A stretch of 64,000 bases of DNA, taken from NCBI GenBank assembly GCA_965223155.1, contig CBDCVR010000014.1, forward strand, positions 448,001 through 512,000. Direction: 5' to 3'. The stretch comes from Candidatus Multivoradales bacterium. Its GTDB lineage: Bacteria > Acidobacteriota > Thermoanaerobaculia > Multivoradales > JAHEKO01. A program made the position numbers and the translations under genes. The first letter of the stretch is position 1. The number at the start of each line of letters is the position of its first letter. The notes below the pieces were generated by a model. The model worked only from the letters and a program-made list of their open reading frames with translations, made no database searches and was not told the DNA's origin. Positions 1 to 10,247 of this stretch are shown in pieces.

Positions 1-165
1 ACCGCATCCACCATCGCGACATGGAAGGACAAGCAGGAGATCGCGATGATCGAAAGGGCCATCGCCAAGACGCTCAAGCGCTGCGCCGCGCCGGGGGTCG
101 AGCCCTACCGCGAGCGCAAGACCACCAGTCGCGGGCGCAAGATCCGGCGCCGGCGCCTCCTCTGA
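1..165 (+). CDS. C-terminal fragment of a probable DEAD-box RNA helicase (partial, runs off the window)
   Basis: Frame 1 reads TASTIATWKDKQEIAMIERAIAKTLKRCAAPGVEPYRERKTTSRGRKIRRRRLL, stop TGA at 163-165. It resembles the end of the RecA2 domain plus a basic tail of RhlE-like helicases. No catalytic motifs are visible. Confidence 0.5.
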   Translation, partial: TASTIATWKDKQEIAMIERAIAKTLKRCAAPGVEPYRERKTTSRGRKIRRRRLL

Positions 166-276
166 TCCCGCCGCCCAATCCGACGCGACCTCTCGGTCGC
201 CTGGCTCCGCTGCTCTGCTGTTTCTGACAGCCCGATCCATTCGATCTTCACCCGCCGGCGCCAAGCTATACTCGCC

Positions 277-360
277 GGGTCGCGCGGGGCGCGTCGAGAC
301 GCATCGACGCTGAGAGGTACCCGTCGAACCTGATCCGGCTCGTACCGGCGGAGGGACCGC
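277..360 (+). promoter_or_regulatory. TPP (THI-box) riboswitch
   Basis: Contains GGGG...CTGAGA...ACCC..GAACCTGATCCGG...CCGGCGGAGGGA, the TPP aptamer signature, directly upstream of thiC. A TATACT -10 lies at 267-272. Confidence 0.93.
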
Positions 361-395
361 GACACCGCCGGCGAGCGCAAAGCGTGGAGACCGGC

Positions 396-2213
396 ATGAC
401 CCGACAAGAGAACCAGCCCGAGGAGCTCAACTCCTCCCTGCCCCTCCACGGGGCGGCCAATCCGTCGACGCACCAGGCAGGGACCTCCCCGGCATCGTTC
501 GCCCGCGCGGCCGACATCGGCGGCCCCTTGGCGTTCGCCTCGCCCGACACTCCGGGCATGCCACCGCCGTCCGAGGCGACAGCTTGGGACTTCCTGCCCA
601 CCGGCTGGACGATCGAGCCCGCCGGCGACGGCTGCCAGGGGCACAACCGCGGAGGCGGTGCCATCCGGGCCGTACCGCCCGCCGGATTCGTACCGGTTAC
701 TCAGCTCGAGCACGCTCGTCTGGGAACCGTGACCCCGGAGATGCGCCGGGTCGCGGAGCACGAGCCCCACCTGACCGCCGAACAGGTGCGCGACGAGATC
801 GCCGCCGGCCGCATGGTCCTTCCGGCCAACAAGCAGCACCTGGGCTTTCATCTCGACCCGATGGCCATCGGGCGCGCCAGCCGCACCAAGATCAACGCCA
901 ATATGGGCGCTTCGCCGGTCTCCTCAGGCACCGTCGAAGAGATCGAGAAGCTCCGCTGGGCCGAGCGCTGGGGCGCGGACACGGTCATGGACCTATCCAC
1001 CGGCGGCGATCTAGACGCATGCCGCGAGGCCATCGTCCGGCACGCCACGGTCCCGATCGGGACGGTACCGATCTATTCCATGATCGTCGGGCGCAAGCTA
1101 GAAGAGCTCAGCGCCGAGATCATCCTCGAGGTCCTCGAGCATCAGGCTCGCCAGGGCGTCGACTACTTCACGGTGCACGCCGGCGTCCTGCGCGACCACC
1201 TGCTGCTGGTACGGGACCGCCTCATCGGCATTGTTTCGCGCGGAGGCTCGCTACTGGCCAAGTGGATGCTCGTCCATGGCCGGGAGAATCCCATGTACGA
1301 GGCCTGGGACGAGATCTGCCAGGTCCTCCGCCGGCACGACGTGACGTTTTCTATCGGCGACGGGCTCCGGCCCGGCGGTCTGGCCGACGCCACCGACGCG
1401 GCCCAGCTCGCCGAGCTCTCGGTCCTGGGGGAACTCACCGAGCGCGCCTGGAGCCACGGCGTCCAGGTCATGATTGAGGGTCCGGGCCACGTGCCCTTCG
1501 ACCAGATCGAATACAACATGAAGCTCGAGCGGCGGCTCTGTCACGGGGCGCCGTTCTACGTTCTGGGACCGCTGGTCACCGACGTCTTCCCCGGCTACGA
1601 CCACATCACCTCGGCGATCGGTGCGACGGCCGCTGCCTATCACGGCGCCTCGATGCTCTGCTACGTCACCCCCAAGGAGCACCTGGGACTGCCCAAGAAG
1701 GACGACGTCAAGCAGGGCTGCGTCGCCTACAAGATCGCTGCCCACGCCGCCGACGTGGCCCTGGGGATCCCCGGCTCCCGGGACTGGGACGACGAGCTCA
1801 CCAAGGCGCGGGCGGCGCTCAATTGGGAGCGCCACTTCGAGCTGGCCTTCGACGCCGACACGGCCCGCGCCTTCCACGACGAGGACCTGGCAGTGGACAC
1901 CGACTTCTGCGCCATGTGCGGTCACGACTGGTGCAGCGTTCGGATCTCGAAGGAGATCCGCGAGTTCGCTTCCGGCAAGGACGCCGACTTCGCCTGGGAG
2001 GAAGCCCGCGAGAGTGCGCCGCTGACCGACGAGCAGCGTGAAATTCTGGAGAAGCGCGGTGTGCTTTCACCGGCGGAGATTCACGCCCTGGCCGCCAAGA
2101 CCGAGCGCACCATGGCGGCCGACGAAGGCAAGGCCGGCTGTCACAGCGATCTCACCGACGCCCCGGCCGCGCGGGCGATGCAGGACGAACGCCTGGTCCA
2201 CATCGGCGGCTGA
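396..2213 (+). CDS. thiC: Phosphomethylpyrimidine synthase ThiC
   Basis: Motifs [55 protein letters not shown] and the Fe-S motif [12 protein letters not shown] at 396 follows GGAGA. Confidence 0.97.
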   Translation: MTRQENQPEELNSSLPLHGAANPSTHQAGTSPASFARAADIGGPLAFASPDTPGMPPPSEATAWDFLPTGWTIEPAGDGCQGHNRGGGAIRAVPPAGFVPVTQLEHARLGTVTPEMRRVAEHEPHLTAEQVRDEIAAGRMVLPANKQHLGFHLDPMAIGRASRTKINANMGASPVSSGTVEEIEKLRWAERWGADTVMDLSTGGDLDACREAIVRHATVPIGTVPIYSMIVGRKLEELSAEIILEVLEHQARQGVDYFTVHAGVLRDHLLLVRDRLIGIVSRGGSLLAKWMLVHGRENPMYEAWDEICQVLRRHDVTFSIGDGLRPGGLADATDAAQLAELSVLGELTERAWSHGVQVMIEGPGHVPFDQIEYNMKLERRLCHGAPFYVLGPLVTDVFPGYDHITSAIGATAAAYHGASMLCYVTPKEHLGLPKKDDVKQGCVAYKIAAHAADVALGIPGSRDWDDELTKARAALNWERHFELAFDADTARAFHDEDLAVDTDFCAMCGHDWCSVRISKEIREFASGKDADFAWEEARESAPLTDEQREILEKRGVLSPAEIHALAAKTERTMAADEGKAGCHSDLTDAPAARAMQDERLVHIGG

Positions 2214-2223
2214 CCGTTGGGAC

Positions 2224-2260
2224 AAAAAAAAGACGCGCCGCCGGAGCCCGGCGGCGCGTC
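2224..2260 (-). terminator. Rho-independent terminator of the TonB-dependent receptor gene (possibly bidirectional)
   Basis: 13-bp perfect stem GACGCGCCGCCGG/CCGGCGGCGCGTC with an A8 run at 2224-2231 (U-tract on the minus strand), between convergent genes. Confidence 0.8.
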
Positions 2261-2299
2261 GAAATCCGTCCGTCACGCGGGTGGCGACGGCGGCCCCTC

Positions 2300-5200
2300 C
2301 TACCAGAGAAAGCGGGCGCCGATCTGGAACTTGCGCGGCTCGCCGGCGCCGCTGCGCACCGTGCCGTCGAAGTTGAAGATCAGCGAGGTGGTCTCCGGAA
2401 CTAGGAAGTTCTCCTCGTCCAGAAGGTTGAACACCTCGAAGATCGGCTGCACGGTCGTGTTCCCAATCTCGAAGTCCTTGGACACACGCACGTCGATGGT
2501 CGAGAACTCGTTGTCCTTCTCACCCTGGTTGCGAGTGAAGACATCGCCGTTGAGGGTGCAACCGCCAACGCAGCGACTGCTGGGCGGGAAACCCGCGACC
2601 GACGAGCCATCCGGATTGATGTCGGCCGGCTGCGCGTCCAGGAAGGTCGCGCGCACGTTGACGTCGATCGGACCGGCCCACAGCAACCAGGCGTTGATGC
2701 GGTTGCGCTGATGGCGGTCGGAAAGACCGAACTCCGGACCCAGGTTGGTGACGTTGGCGTAGCGGATCGTAAAGGGATCCCGCTCGTTGTCGTCATCCGA
2801 CTTGTCCTCGGAATTCGTGTAGTAGGCCTGGAAGGCTAGCCTCTCGGTCATGCGCTTGTTGATGCCAACGGTCAGGCCCCAGTAGCGGCTACGAGCGGTG
2901 GACTCGACCGTGTTGAGCGCGCCGATGCCGTTGCCTCCCGGTAGGACGCCGCTCCAGGGACCCGGTCCGCCGGCGGTGGCAGTGGGACCCAGGAGGCCGT
3001 CATTGCGGTTGACCCAACGGGTGATGTGATCCGTCTTGGCGTAGTTGGCCTTGAGCAGGAGCGCGTACGAGGGTGCGATCTCCTTTTCCCAGGACAGAGC
3101 CGTGGACCAGGTGCGCGGCGTCTCGAAATCCTCGCTGAAGACGAAGACATCGGGATTGAAGGGATCGCCGATGGCGTCCGCCGGCAGCAGGTTGGGCCAG
3201 GCCGGCGGCGTCACGCCGAAGTCGTTGAAAAAGCTGGCGCGAAAGATGGTCTGACCAACCGAGCCGTTGGTGGACCGAGCCGAAGCCAGAGCCAAGGCCG
3301 GGATGCGGGCGTGGTAGATGCCCGAGTTAAAACGCACCACCTGGTTCGATGCGCCCTTCGGGGTCCAGGCCATGGCGAACCGCGGCTGGATTTGATTCTC
3401 GTCGTCCGGAATCGTCCCGTCCGAGGGAAAGGTCTGCGGTCCCGCCGGGGTATCGATCGTGCGGCCGATAAGCGGCGCGTAGAAGACCTCGCTCGGCGGC
3501 GTGATCGGTTCGGCGTTGTCCAGCATCTCCCAGCGCAGACCGTAGTCAACCGTCAGATTCGCGGTCGGCTTCCAGGTGTCCTGGATGAAAAGAGCGGTCT
3601 CGATCTGGTCGATATTCTGGGTGCCGGCCTCCTCGACGGTGCGCCCGCCGACTCCCGCCTGCTGCAGGAACAGCAGGAGCGGTCCGGAGAACGACTCGCC
3701 GTTGGGACAGGATCCGGTCGTGGTCGTGCCGCCGCCCGAGCAGCGGCCCCAGCCCGGACCGAAGTTGACGTAGTTCCGGAAACCGTCGAACGAATCGAAG
3801 ATGTACCGACCGTTGGCGAAGCCGATGAAGGTCTGCGACGAAACGACGTCGTTGTACTCGATGCCGGCCTTGATCGAATGGTTGCCCTTCAGGATCGAGA
3901 CGTTGTCGTTGAGCTGCACCCGCTCGTCGTCGTAGACCACCGGCAGGAAGAAGGGCATGCCGACCCGGTAGCCACCAACGAAATCGAAGGCGGTGTCCGG
4001 AAAGGGACGGTTTTGTCCTGGAATCTGCGGACCGTCGTACGGGCGCGGACGCCATTCCTTGGCGTACTGGGCGCGAAGCTCGTTGAGCAGCGTGTCCGAG
4101 ACCGTGCTGATGAACGAACCGGTGTAGCCATGAGCGTAGTCGGTTTCGATGCCATTGGCACTGACACCCCACGACGGCACGTCGAAGGTGCCGTTGACCT
4201 GCTCGGAGAAGTGATAGGCCCAGCGCAAGGTCAATAGGTTGTTGTCCGAGGCCTGATAGTCGAGCTTCGCCAGATACGCGTCGCCGTCGTCCGTGCGAAC
4301 GATGGGGGCGCTTTCGTTGGGTAGCCCGACACTATTCAGGAAGGCCACCACGTCCGGAGCGATGCGGCCCGGATCGGTCTGCTTGGTCTCATCCTTGTCC
4401 TGAACGTCGGCGGCCAGAAAGAAGAATGCCTTGTCGCTCCGCACGGGCCCGCCCAGGGTGAACCCGACCTGGGTCCGCTCGAAATCGAATTTGTCGGTGC
4501 CGCCCGAACGCAGTTGGGGATCGTCCGACAGGCTGTCGTCCTGAAAGAAAAAATGAGCGCTGCCCTTGAGGTCGTTGGTGCCGGACTTGGTCACCACGCT
4601 GACGAAGCCGCCCGAGGAACGGCCGAACTCGGCCGGCGCACCGTCAGGTACGACCAGAACCTCCTTGACGGCGTCCTGGTTGAAGGTAAAGGCAGGACGC
4701 TGGCCGCCGCGCTGCTCGCCGAAAAAGGGATTGTTGAAATCGGCGCCGTCGATCATCACGTTGTTGTTGATGCCCTTCTGTCCGTTGATCGAAAGCTCGT
4801 CGCCGTCGGGTCCCTGAACCACCGTCACACCCGGCGTCAGCTTTGAGAACTCTAGAAAGTTGCGGCCATTGTTGGGCAGGCCCTCAACCGCCATGTCGTC
4901 GATGCGGATCAAGCTGGAGCTGCGAGTAGTTTCGATCAGGGGTGCGTCAGCGGTGACCACGATCTCTTCCCTCGTCTCCGAGACCGCCATCGTGATGCTC
5001 AGATTGACCGTCTGCCCCAAAGCCAGGGTGACACCTTCCTGTACGACCGTACCTAGGCCTTCCAGCTCGACCGTCACCCGGTAGGGTCCCAGAGGCAGGA
5101 GCTGACCCCGAAACCGGCCATTGCCGTCGGTCACCGAGATCTTGGTGAAGTTGGTGTCGGTATTGAGGAGCGTCACGGTGGCGCCGGGCACGACGCCGCC

Positions 5201-5323
5201 GTCGGCATCCCGCACGGTGCCCTCGATGACACCCGTTGTAGCTTGCGATTGCGCCCAAGCAACGGGCGCGACCAGGGCGAGAGCGAACACAAAGACACTG
5301 ACGACGCGGACGAAACGCGGCAT
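2300..5323 (-). CDS. TonB-dependent receptor with N-terminal carboxypeptidase-regulatory-like domain (Oar/Acidobacteria type)
   Basis: Signal peptide MPRFVRVV...AWA, GTVRDADGGVVPGATVT, plug LPNNGRNFLEF, AEFGRSSGG..VVTKSGTN, C-terminal PRKFQIGARFLW. GGAGGT RBS before ATG at 5323. Confidence 0.93.
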   Translation of the reverse strand: MPRFVRVVSVFVFALALVAPVAWAQSQATTGVIEGTVRDADGGVVPGATVTLLNTDTNFTKISVTDGNGRFRGQLLPLGPYRVTVELEGLGTVVQEGVTLALGQTVNLSITMAVSETREEIVVTADAPLIETTRSSSLIRIDDMAVEGLPNNGRNFLEFSKLTPGVTVVQGPDGDELSINGQKGINNNVMIDGADFNNPFFGEQRGGQRPAFTFNQDAVKEVLVVPDGAPAEFGRSSGGFVSVVTKSGTNDLKGSAHFFFQDDSLSDDPQLRSGGTDKFDFERTQVGFTLGGPVRSDKAFFFLAADVQDKDETKQTDPGRIAPDVVAFLNSVGLPNESAPIVRTDDGDAYLAKLDYQASDNNLLTLRWAYHFSEQVNGTFDVPSWGVSANGIETDYAHGYTGSFISTVSDTLLNELRAQYAKEWRPRPYDGPQIPGQNRPFPDTAFDFVGGYRVGMPFFLPVVYDDERVQLNDNVSILKGNHSIKAGIEYNDVVSSQTFIGFANGRYIFDSFDGFRNYVNFGPGWGRCSGGGTTTTGSCPNGESFSGPLLLFLQQAGVGGRTVEEAGTQNIDQIETALFIQDTWKPTANLTVDYGLRWEMLDNAEPITPPSEVFYAPLIGRTIDTPAGPQTFPSDGTIPDDENQIQPRFAMAWTPKGASNQVVRFNSGIYHARIPALALASARSTNGSVGQTIFRASFFNDFGVTPPAWPNLLPADAIGDPFNPDVFVFSEDFETPRTWSTALSWEKEIAPSYALLLKANYAKTDHITRWVNRNDGLLGPTATAGGPGPWSGVLPGGNGIGALNTVESTARSRYWGLTVGINKRMTERLAFQAYYTNSEDKSDDDNERDPFTIRYANVTNLGPEFGLSDRHQRNRINAWLLWAGPIDVNVRATFLDAQPADINPDGSSVAGFPPSSRCVGGCTLNGDVFTRNQGEKDNEFSTIDVRVSKDFEIGNTTVQPIFEVFNLLDEENFLVPETTSLIFNFDGTVRSGAGEPRKFQIGARFLW

Positions 5324-5551
5324 ACGGGGCACCTCCGACGGTCTAGTTGAGTGGATGGTTGGCTCCACGGTAAACAAACGTTGTGCCCGGCATCCTAGCG
5401 CTCCCCCCCTTGCGGTTGCAACCGGCCTCGAGGGCGCTTGCTCGCGGCGGACCGGTGCCCTTGCGTGCGCTATCCTTCCTCGCCCCGGCGCCGCGCCGGC
5501 GTCGTTCCGGCGTCGCGTTGGCGTCGTCCGAGCCTTGGCCGGAACAACTCG

Positions 5552-6433
5552 ATGAGCGTACGAATCGCAGTCCTGGCGGATGTCCACGGCAACCTGCCCG
5601 CTCTCGACGCGGTCGTCGCCGACATCGAGCGGGCCGCGCCCGATGAGGTGCTCGTGGGCGGCGACCTGGTCGGCCGCGGGCCTCAGGGAGGCGCGGTGAT
5701 CGAGCGCATCCGGGAACGCTCCTGGCCCTCCGTCCTGGGCAATCACGAGGAGTACCTGACCAGCTTCCGGCGGCGCGAAGTGCCCGACGAATGGCTGGAG
5801 AGCCAGGACTGGGACGCCTCGCGCTGGATGGCGAACGAGCTCAACGAGGCTCAGGCCGCCTACATCGCCGCGCTGCCCTTCTCGCTGCGGTCTCAGATCG
5901 CTACGGACACGCTCCTGGTCCACGGCAGCCCCGCCTCCAACCAGGACGGGCTGGGCCCGTGGAGTCGCGACCGCAAGCTCGACAAGGCTCTGTCTCTGGC
6001 CGAGACACGGCTTCTGCTCTGCGCCCATACCCATCGGTCGATGCTCCGGCGAACCAGTTCCGGGACCGTGGTCAACGTCGGCTCGGTGGGGCTGCCCTTC
6101 AACCGCGACCCGCGGGCTCAGTACGTTCTCCTGACCGGCACGCCAGGCCACTGGGAGATCGAGTTCCGGACCATCGAATACGAGCTCGACGCCACTTTGC
6201 GCGCCTACCGCGAGACCGGCTTCGACGCCACCGGCGGCGTGACTTCGAATCTGCTGCGTCTGGAGCTGATTCACGCGGCCCCGTTCCTGGTGCCGTTTCA
6301 GAAATGGGCCGAGATCCTGGACGCCGAGCACACCCCGGAGCGCGTCGAGGAATTCCTCACCTTCTACGATCCCCTGGAACCGATGCGAGACTTCTTCCTG
6401 CGCCTGGGATCGCTGCTGTCGGCGCGCCGCTGA
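5552..6433 (+). CDS. Calcineurin-like metallophosphoesterase
   Basis: Motifs DVHGN, GDLVGRGP, GNHE, VHGSP, AHTH, NVGSVG. Confidence 0.9.
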   Translation: MSVRIAVLADVHGNLPALDAVVADIERAAPDEVLVGGDLVGRGPQGGAVIERIRERSWPSVLGNHEEYLTSFRRREVPDEWLESQDWDASRWMANELNEAQAAYIAALPFSLRSQIATDTLLVHGSPASNQDGLGPWSRDRKLDKALSLAETRLLLCAHTHRSMLRRTSSGTVVNVGSVGLPFNRDPRAQYVLLTGTPGHWEIEFRTIEYELDATLRAYRETGFDATGGVTSNLLRLELIHAAPFLVPFQKWAEILDAEHTPERVEEFLTFYDPLEPMRDFFLRLGSLLSARR

Positions 6434-6437
6434 GACC

Positions 6438-6477
6438 CAAACCCGGCCAAACCCGGCCAAACCCGGTCGAACCCGGC
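6438..6477 (+). repeat. Four tandem 10-bp direct repeats (C[A/G]AACCCGG[C/T])
   Basis: CAAACCCGGC CAAACCCGGC CAAACCCGGT CGAACCCGGC, followed directly by TGGTAGACT (extended -10-like). Confidence 0.85.
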
Positions 6478-6532
6478 TGGTAGACTGGCCGGTGTCGGCG
6501 GGCCGGGCGGGCCCCGGCGGCGGTCTTCTGCG

Positions 6533-7342
6533 ATGTACAACGAGTTCTACGGCTTCCGGGAAGCCCCTTTCAACATCACCCCGGATCCGAACTTCCTGTT
6601 CTTCAGCAATCGGCATCTGGAGGCCTACAACCACCTGCTCTTCGGCATCCAGGAGCGCAAGGGATTCATCCAGATCACCGGCGAGGTGGGCGCGGGCAAG
6701 ACGACCCTGTGCCGGGCGCTGCTGGAGCGGCTTGGCGACGAATACAAGACCGCGCTGATCCTGAACCCCATTCTGACCGGCGAACAGCTGCTCTGGCTCA
6801 TCCTGGCCGAGTTCGGCGTGACCGGGATCCCGGACGATCGCACTGAGAACCTCCAACGCTTGAACGAGTACCTGCTGGAACAGGTTCCGCTCGGCAACGA
6901 CGTGGTGCTCATCATCGACGAAGCCCAGGACTTGTCTGTGGATCTCTTGGAAGAGGTCCGGCTGCTGTCGAATCTCGAAACAGACCAGCGCAAGCTCCTT
7001 CAGATCGTGCTCATGGGCCAGCCCGAGCTGCGCACGGTCCTGGACGACCCCTCGCTGCGCCAACTGCGGCAGCGCATCCAGGTCCGTTATCACCTGACGC
7101 CTCTGTCGCTCGACGAGACCGACCGCTACATCCAGCACCGGCTGCACGTCGCCGGGGCCAACTCCCGGCCGGTGTTCCAACGTCGAGCCGTGCGCCAGAT
7201 CCATCGCTACTCCAAGGGCATCCCGCGGCTGGTGAACGCGGTCTGCGACAAGACGCTCCTATGCGGCTACGTGCTGGGCGTCGATGAGCTCACTTCCCGG
7301 CACGTACGCCGGGCAGTGCGCGAGCTGGAGGGCCGCCATTGA
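6533..7342 (+). CDS. ExeA/GspA-like AAA ATPase
   Basis: MYNEFYGFREAPFNITPDP N-terminus, Walker A GEVGAGKT, Walker B LIIDEAQ, GQPEL, GIPRLVN. No peptidoglycan-binding C-terminus. Confidence 0.9.
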   Translation: MYNEFYGFREAPFNITPDPNFLFFSNRHLEAYNHLLFGIQERKGFIQITGEVGAGKTTLCRALLERLGDEYKTALILNPILTGEQLLWLILAEFGVTGIPDDRTENLQRLNEYLLEQVPLGNDVVLIIDEAQDLSVDLLEEVRLLSNLETDQRKLLQIVLMGQPELRTVLDDPSLRQLRQRIQVRYHLTPLSLDETDRYIQHRLHVAGANSRPVFQRRAVRQIHRYSKGIPRLVNAVCDKTLLCGYVLGVDELTSRHVRRAVRELEGRH

Positions 7343-8154
7343 GCCTGGTCAACGAAGCGCTCAAGAAGGCACGCCTCGAGGCCGCGCGCCAGGACGTCAA
7401 GGATCGCGGCGTTCCCTACCCGCGCCTGGACCGGAGCCCGAGCGGGCCGGGTACGCGCCTCGGGCTCGCCGCCGGCTTGATCGTGGCGCTGGCCCTGGCC
7501 GGCCTGGTCGGTTACGGGCTCTACCGGCTGGGGCTCGCGGCCGGCGGCGGCGAGGCCCCGCAAACCGCGACGGCGGAGGGAACCTCGGCACCAGCTGAGT
7601 CGATCGCCGAACCAGTCTCGGCAGAAGCGGCCGAGGCGATCGAGCCGGCGACTCGAACGACACCACACAGCGACAACACCGGCGAGGGCGCCGAGAGCCC
7701 TGCCCAGACAAGGGCCGAGGCGGGCGGCACTCGCAGGGCGCCCCAACCCTCCGCAACCCCAACCAGCGCCCTGAGCTCTCTCGCGCCTGACCCGGCCCGG
7801 CTCGCGGCTGCGACCGGCTCGGAGGAAGACCGGCCCGCGAGGGCGCCGTCACCCTCGGTCGCGGCACCGGTGACAGCGCCGACGGCGACCGTGTCCAGGA
7901 CGGGCGACGGGCGAGAGAGACAGAACCCGGCGCCTGCCGAGAGCGGAGCGACGGCCACCCTCGCCGGCGTCGGCACGGTCACCCTGGGAGGGATCGCCTG
8001 GTCGGGCGATCGCCCGTTTGCCCTGGTCAACGGCAAAGTGGTAGCGCCCGGCGACGCGATCGCCGGCTTCGAGGACTCAGAGGTCGAGGTCATCGATCCC
8101 GACCGGGTTACGCTGACCGTTGCCGGCCGCCGGATCGTCCTCGCTCTCGAATAG
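7339..8154 (+). CDS. ExeB/GspB-like membrane protein
   Basis: MSLVNEALKKA N-terminus, one TM helix, Ala/Pro-rich linker, C-terminal LGGIAWSGDRPFALVNGKVV..GD. TTGA overlap with the exeA-like stop. Confidence 0.75.
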   Translation: MSLVNEALKKARLEAARQDVKDRGVPYPRLDRSPSGPGTRLGLAAGLIVALALAGLVGYGLYRLGLAAGGGEAPQTATAEGTSAPAESIAEPVSAEAAEAIEPATRTTPHSDNTGEGAESPAQTRAEAGGTRRAPQPSATPTSALSSLAPDPARLAAATGSEEDRPARAPSPSVAAPVTAPTATVSRTGDGRERQNPAPAESGATATLAGVGTVTLGGIAWSGDRPFALVNGKVVAPGDAIAGFEDSEVEVIDPDRVTLTVAGRRIVLALE

Positions 8155-8178
8155 CGGCGGAATCCGCTGGCGCTCCGG

Positions 8179-9252
8179 CTAGCTCGACGCCTCGCGCACG
8201 ATGCGCCAGAGGCCGCCTTCGAGGTGTAGGTCCAGCACCTTGTCCACGGTGTCCGAGTAGCTGTCGGACCGATAGGTCTGGAGAAAGCTGACCCGAACCC
8301 GGTCCCCACCCCGATTGGGAACATCCTGCCAGGATAGGCGGGTCACTGCCACTCGAATGGTCGAGGGCGCGGTCAGGCGTTGGGCCCGCAGCCGTTGCCA
8401 GGCCGCGAGCGACTCCCCGCTCTCCGGGACGAAGGCTGAAGAGTAGTGCCCGAGATAGGCGTCCACGTCCTGCGCCGACCAGGCCGCGGCCCAGGAGCGC
8501 ACGAAGCCCTCGACGTCCAAGCGCACGGACGATCCGGCCAGAGGCTCGCCGGCCTCTTCAGCCGGCGCCGGCACCGCGACGGCTCGCGCTCCAACGCGGT
8601 CCGTCGGCGCGCCCATGCCGGGAGCACCCGCCGGCGAACCACCGGCAATCCGGCTCGGCACCGGCATTGACGCGATCGCCGCGCTCCCGGAAGGATCGAG
8701 CGCCGGGCTGGCGACCTGCTGGGCCTCGGCGGGCGCCGGTGCCGATCCGGCCTCCTCGTTGCCGGCCGATCGGAGCCAAAGGGCCGCCAGCACCGCCGCG
8801 CCCAGCACTGCCCCCACTACCAGCCCTTTGCGAACGGCGCCGCCTCTGGCGCGCGAAGCCACGACGCCGGTCGGAGCATCAGCACCGGCGTTGACGTCAA
8901 AAACCACGGTTCCTTCGGGAAGCTGATTCAGGATCAGCCAGCGAATCAGGCGCCGGCTCTCGCGATCGAGCTCGGTGAACTCGACCCCCATCCCGGCCGG
9001 CCGATCCTGACCGTCGTTCCGCTCCCGGGACCAGACCACCCAGCCCTTGCCGCGCACGAGCTGCGCGCCGTCCTGAAGACCGAACTCGAACGACACTGGA
9101 GTCCCGGGAGGCTGGGGATCGTCCGAGCGAATGAACATCCCGGTCATCGAAAGGTTCGCGGAATACTCGGTCGCGAACCCGTCGAAGTCGGGGAACCTCA
9201 GCACGATCTTCCTGTGCAGCGCGATGCGGCGCGATTCGACCGGTTTCCCCAT
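8179..9252 (-). CDS. TIGR02266/PilZ-like domain + TM helix + C-terminal NTF2-like domain
   Basis: N-terminal EYSANLSMTGMFIRS...GMGVEF, hydrophobic segment GLVVGAVLGAAVLAALWL, C-terminal WAAAWSAQDVDAYLGHYS...FLQTYRSDSYSD..K...WRIVRE. Confidence 0.8.
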   Translation of the reverse strand: MGKPVESRRIALHRKIVLRFPDFDGFATEYSANLSMTGMFIRSDDPQPPGTPVSFEFGLQDGAQLVRGKGWVVWSRERNDGQDRPAGMGVEFTELDRESRRLIRWLILNQLPEGTVVFDVNAGADAPTGVVASRARGGAVRKGLVVGAVLGAAVLAALWLRSAGNEEAGSAPAPAEAQQVASPALDPSGSAAIASMPVPSRIAGGSPAGAPGMGAPTDRVGARAVAVPAPAEEAGEPLAGSSVRLDVEGFVRSWAAAWSAQDVDAYLGHYSSAFVPESGESLAAWQRLRAQRLTAPSTIRVAVTRLSWQDVPNRGGDRVRVSFLQTYRSDSYSDTVDKVLDLHLEGGLWRIVREASS

Positions 9253-9404
9253 GATTCTGCCTCAAAAAAATCCTAGCACGGCGTCTTTGACCCGGCCGGC
9301 CGCCGGCACCGCTGGAGAGCCGCTCCGGCTCCGGCCGGGCTACGCGCTGGCCCCCGGTCAGGCTCCACCCTGGCTCCAGCTTTACTCCGATATCATCGGC
9401 GGCC

Positions 9405-10232
9405 ATGCCCGGCCCCCGGCGCCAGAAGAAACGACGTGGCAACAAGCCCGGCCTGGCCTCGAAGGCGGATCGCTTCGACCTGTACCAGCGGGCGGTACAG
9501 TCACCTGAGGCCGACGTGGAGTTCTTCGTCGAGCGCTTTCGCGGCCTGCGCGGCAGGGAGCCCATGAGCCTGCGCGAGGACTTCTGCGGCACCGCTCTTC
9601 TGGCCACGACCTGGCTCGCCGGCGACCCGGAGCGCACGGCCCTGGCGGTCGATCTGGACCGCGAACCGCTGGACTGGGGTCTCGAGCACAACGCCTCCGA
9701 CGAGTCGCTACGCGCCCGCCTGGAAATTCGTTGCGCCGACGTCTTGGAGGTGGACGCGCCCCGGGTCGATCTGGCTTGCGCCATGAACTTCAGCTACTGC
9801 ACGTTCAAGACGCGCGACCAGCTCCGGCGGTACTTTTCCACCGTCCATGCCGGCCTCACCGATGACGGCGTCTTCGTGTGCGAGCTCTATGGCGGCACCG
9901 AAGCCGTTACCGAGTTCGAGGAGGAACGGGACGTCGACGACTTCGTCTTCGTCTGGGAGCAGGAGTCTTTCAACCCCATCGACCACCGCACCGTTTGCCA
10001 TATTCACTTCGCGTTCCGTGACGGCTCGACCCTGGAGAAAGCGTTCACGTACGATTGGCGCCTATGGTCCATCCCCGAGGTGCTCGAGTTACTCATCGAG
10101 GCCGGCTTCGAAACCGCGAACGTGTACTGGGAGGAGACGGATGAAGACGGCGACGGCACTGGGCACCACCACCTGGCCACGGTCGAAGAGAATCAGGAAG
10201 GCTGGCTTGTCTACGTTGTGGCGGGCCGGTAA
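9405..10232 (+). CDS. Class I SAM-dependent methyltransferase
   Basis: LREDFCGTALL motif I, AVDLD, MNFSY, FTYDWRLW. Confidence 0.8.
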   Translation: MPGPRRQKKRRGNKPGLASKADRFDLYQRAVQSPEADVEFFVERFRGLRGREPMSLREDFCGTALLATTWLAGDPERTALAVDLDREPLDWGLEHNASDESLRARLEIRCADVLEVDAPRVDLACAMNFSYCTFKTRDQLRRYFSTVHAGLTDDGVFVCELYGGTEAVTEFEEERDVDDFVFVWEQESFNPIDHRTVCHIHFAFRDGSTLEKAFTYDWRLWSIPEVLELLIEAGFETANVYWEETDEDGDGTGHHHLATVEENQEGWLVYVVAGR

Positions 10233-10247
10233 CCAAGGAGTCCGCCG

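Noticed and set aside
5324-7204. Apparent 1634-aa giant TonB receptor ORF (2300-7204)
   Set aside because: The upstream ~626 codons are the stop-free antisense of the metallophosphoesterase and exeA-like genes. The signal peptide and RBS place the real start at 5323.
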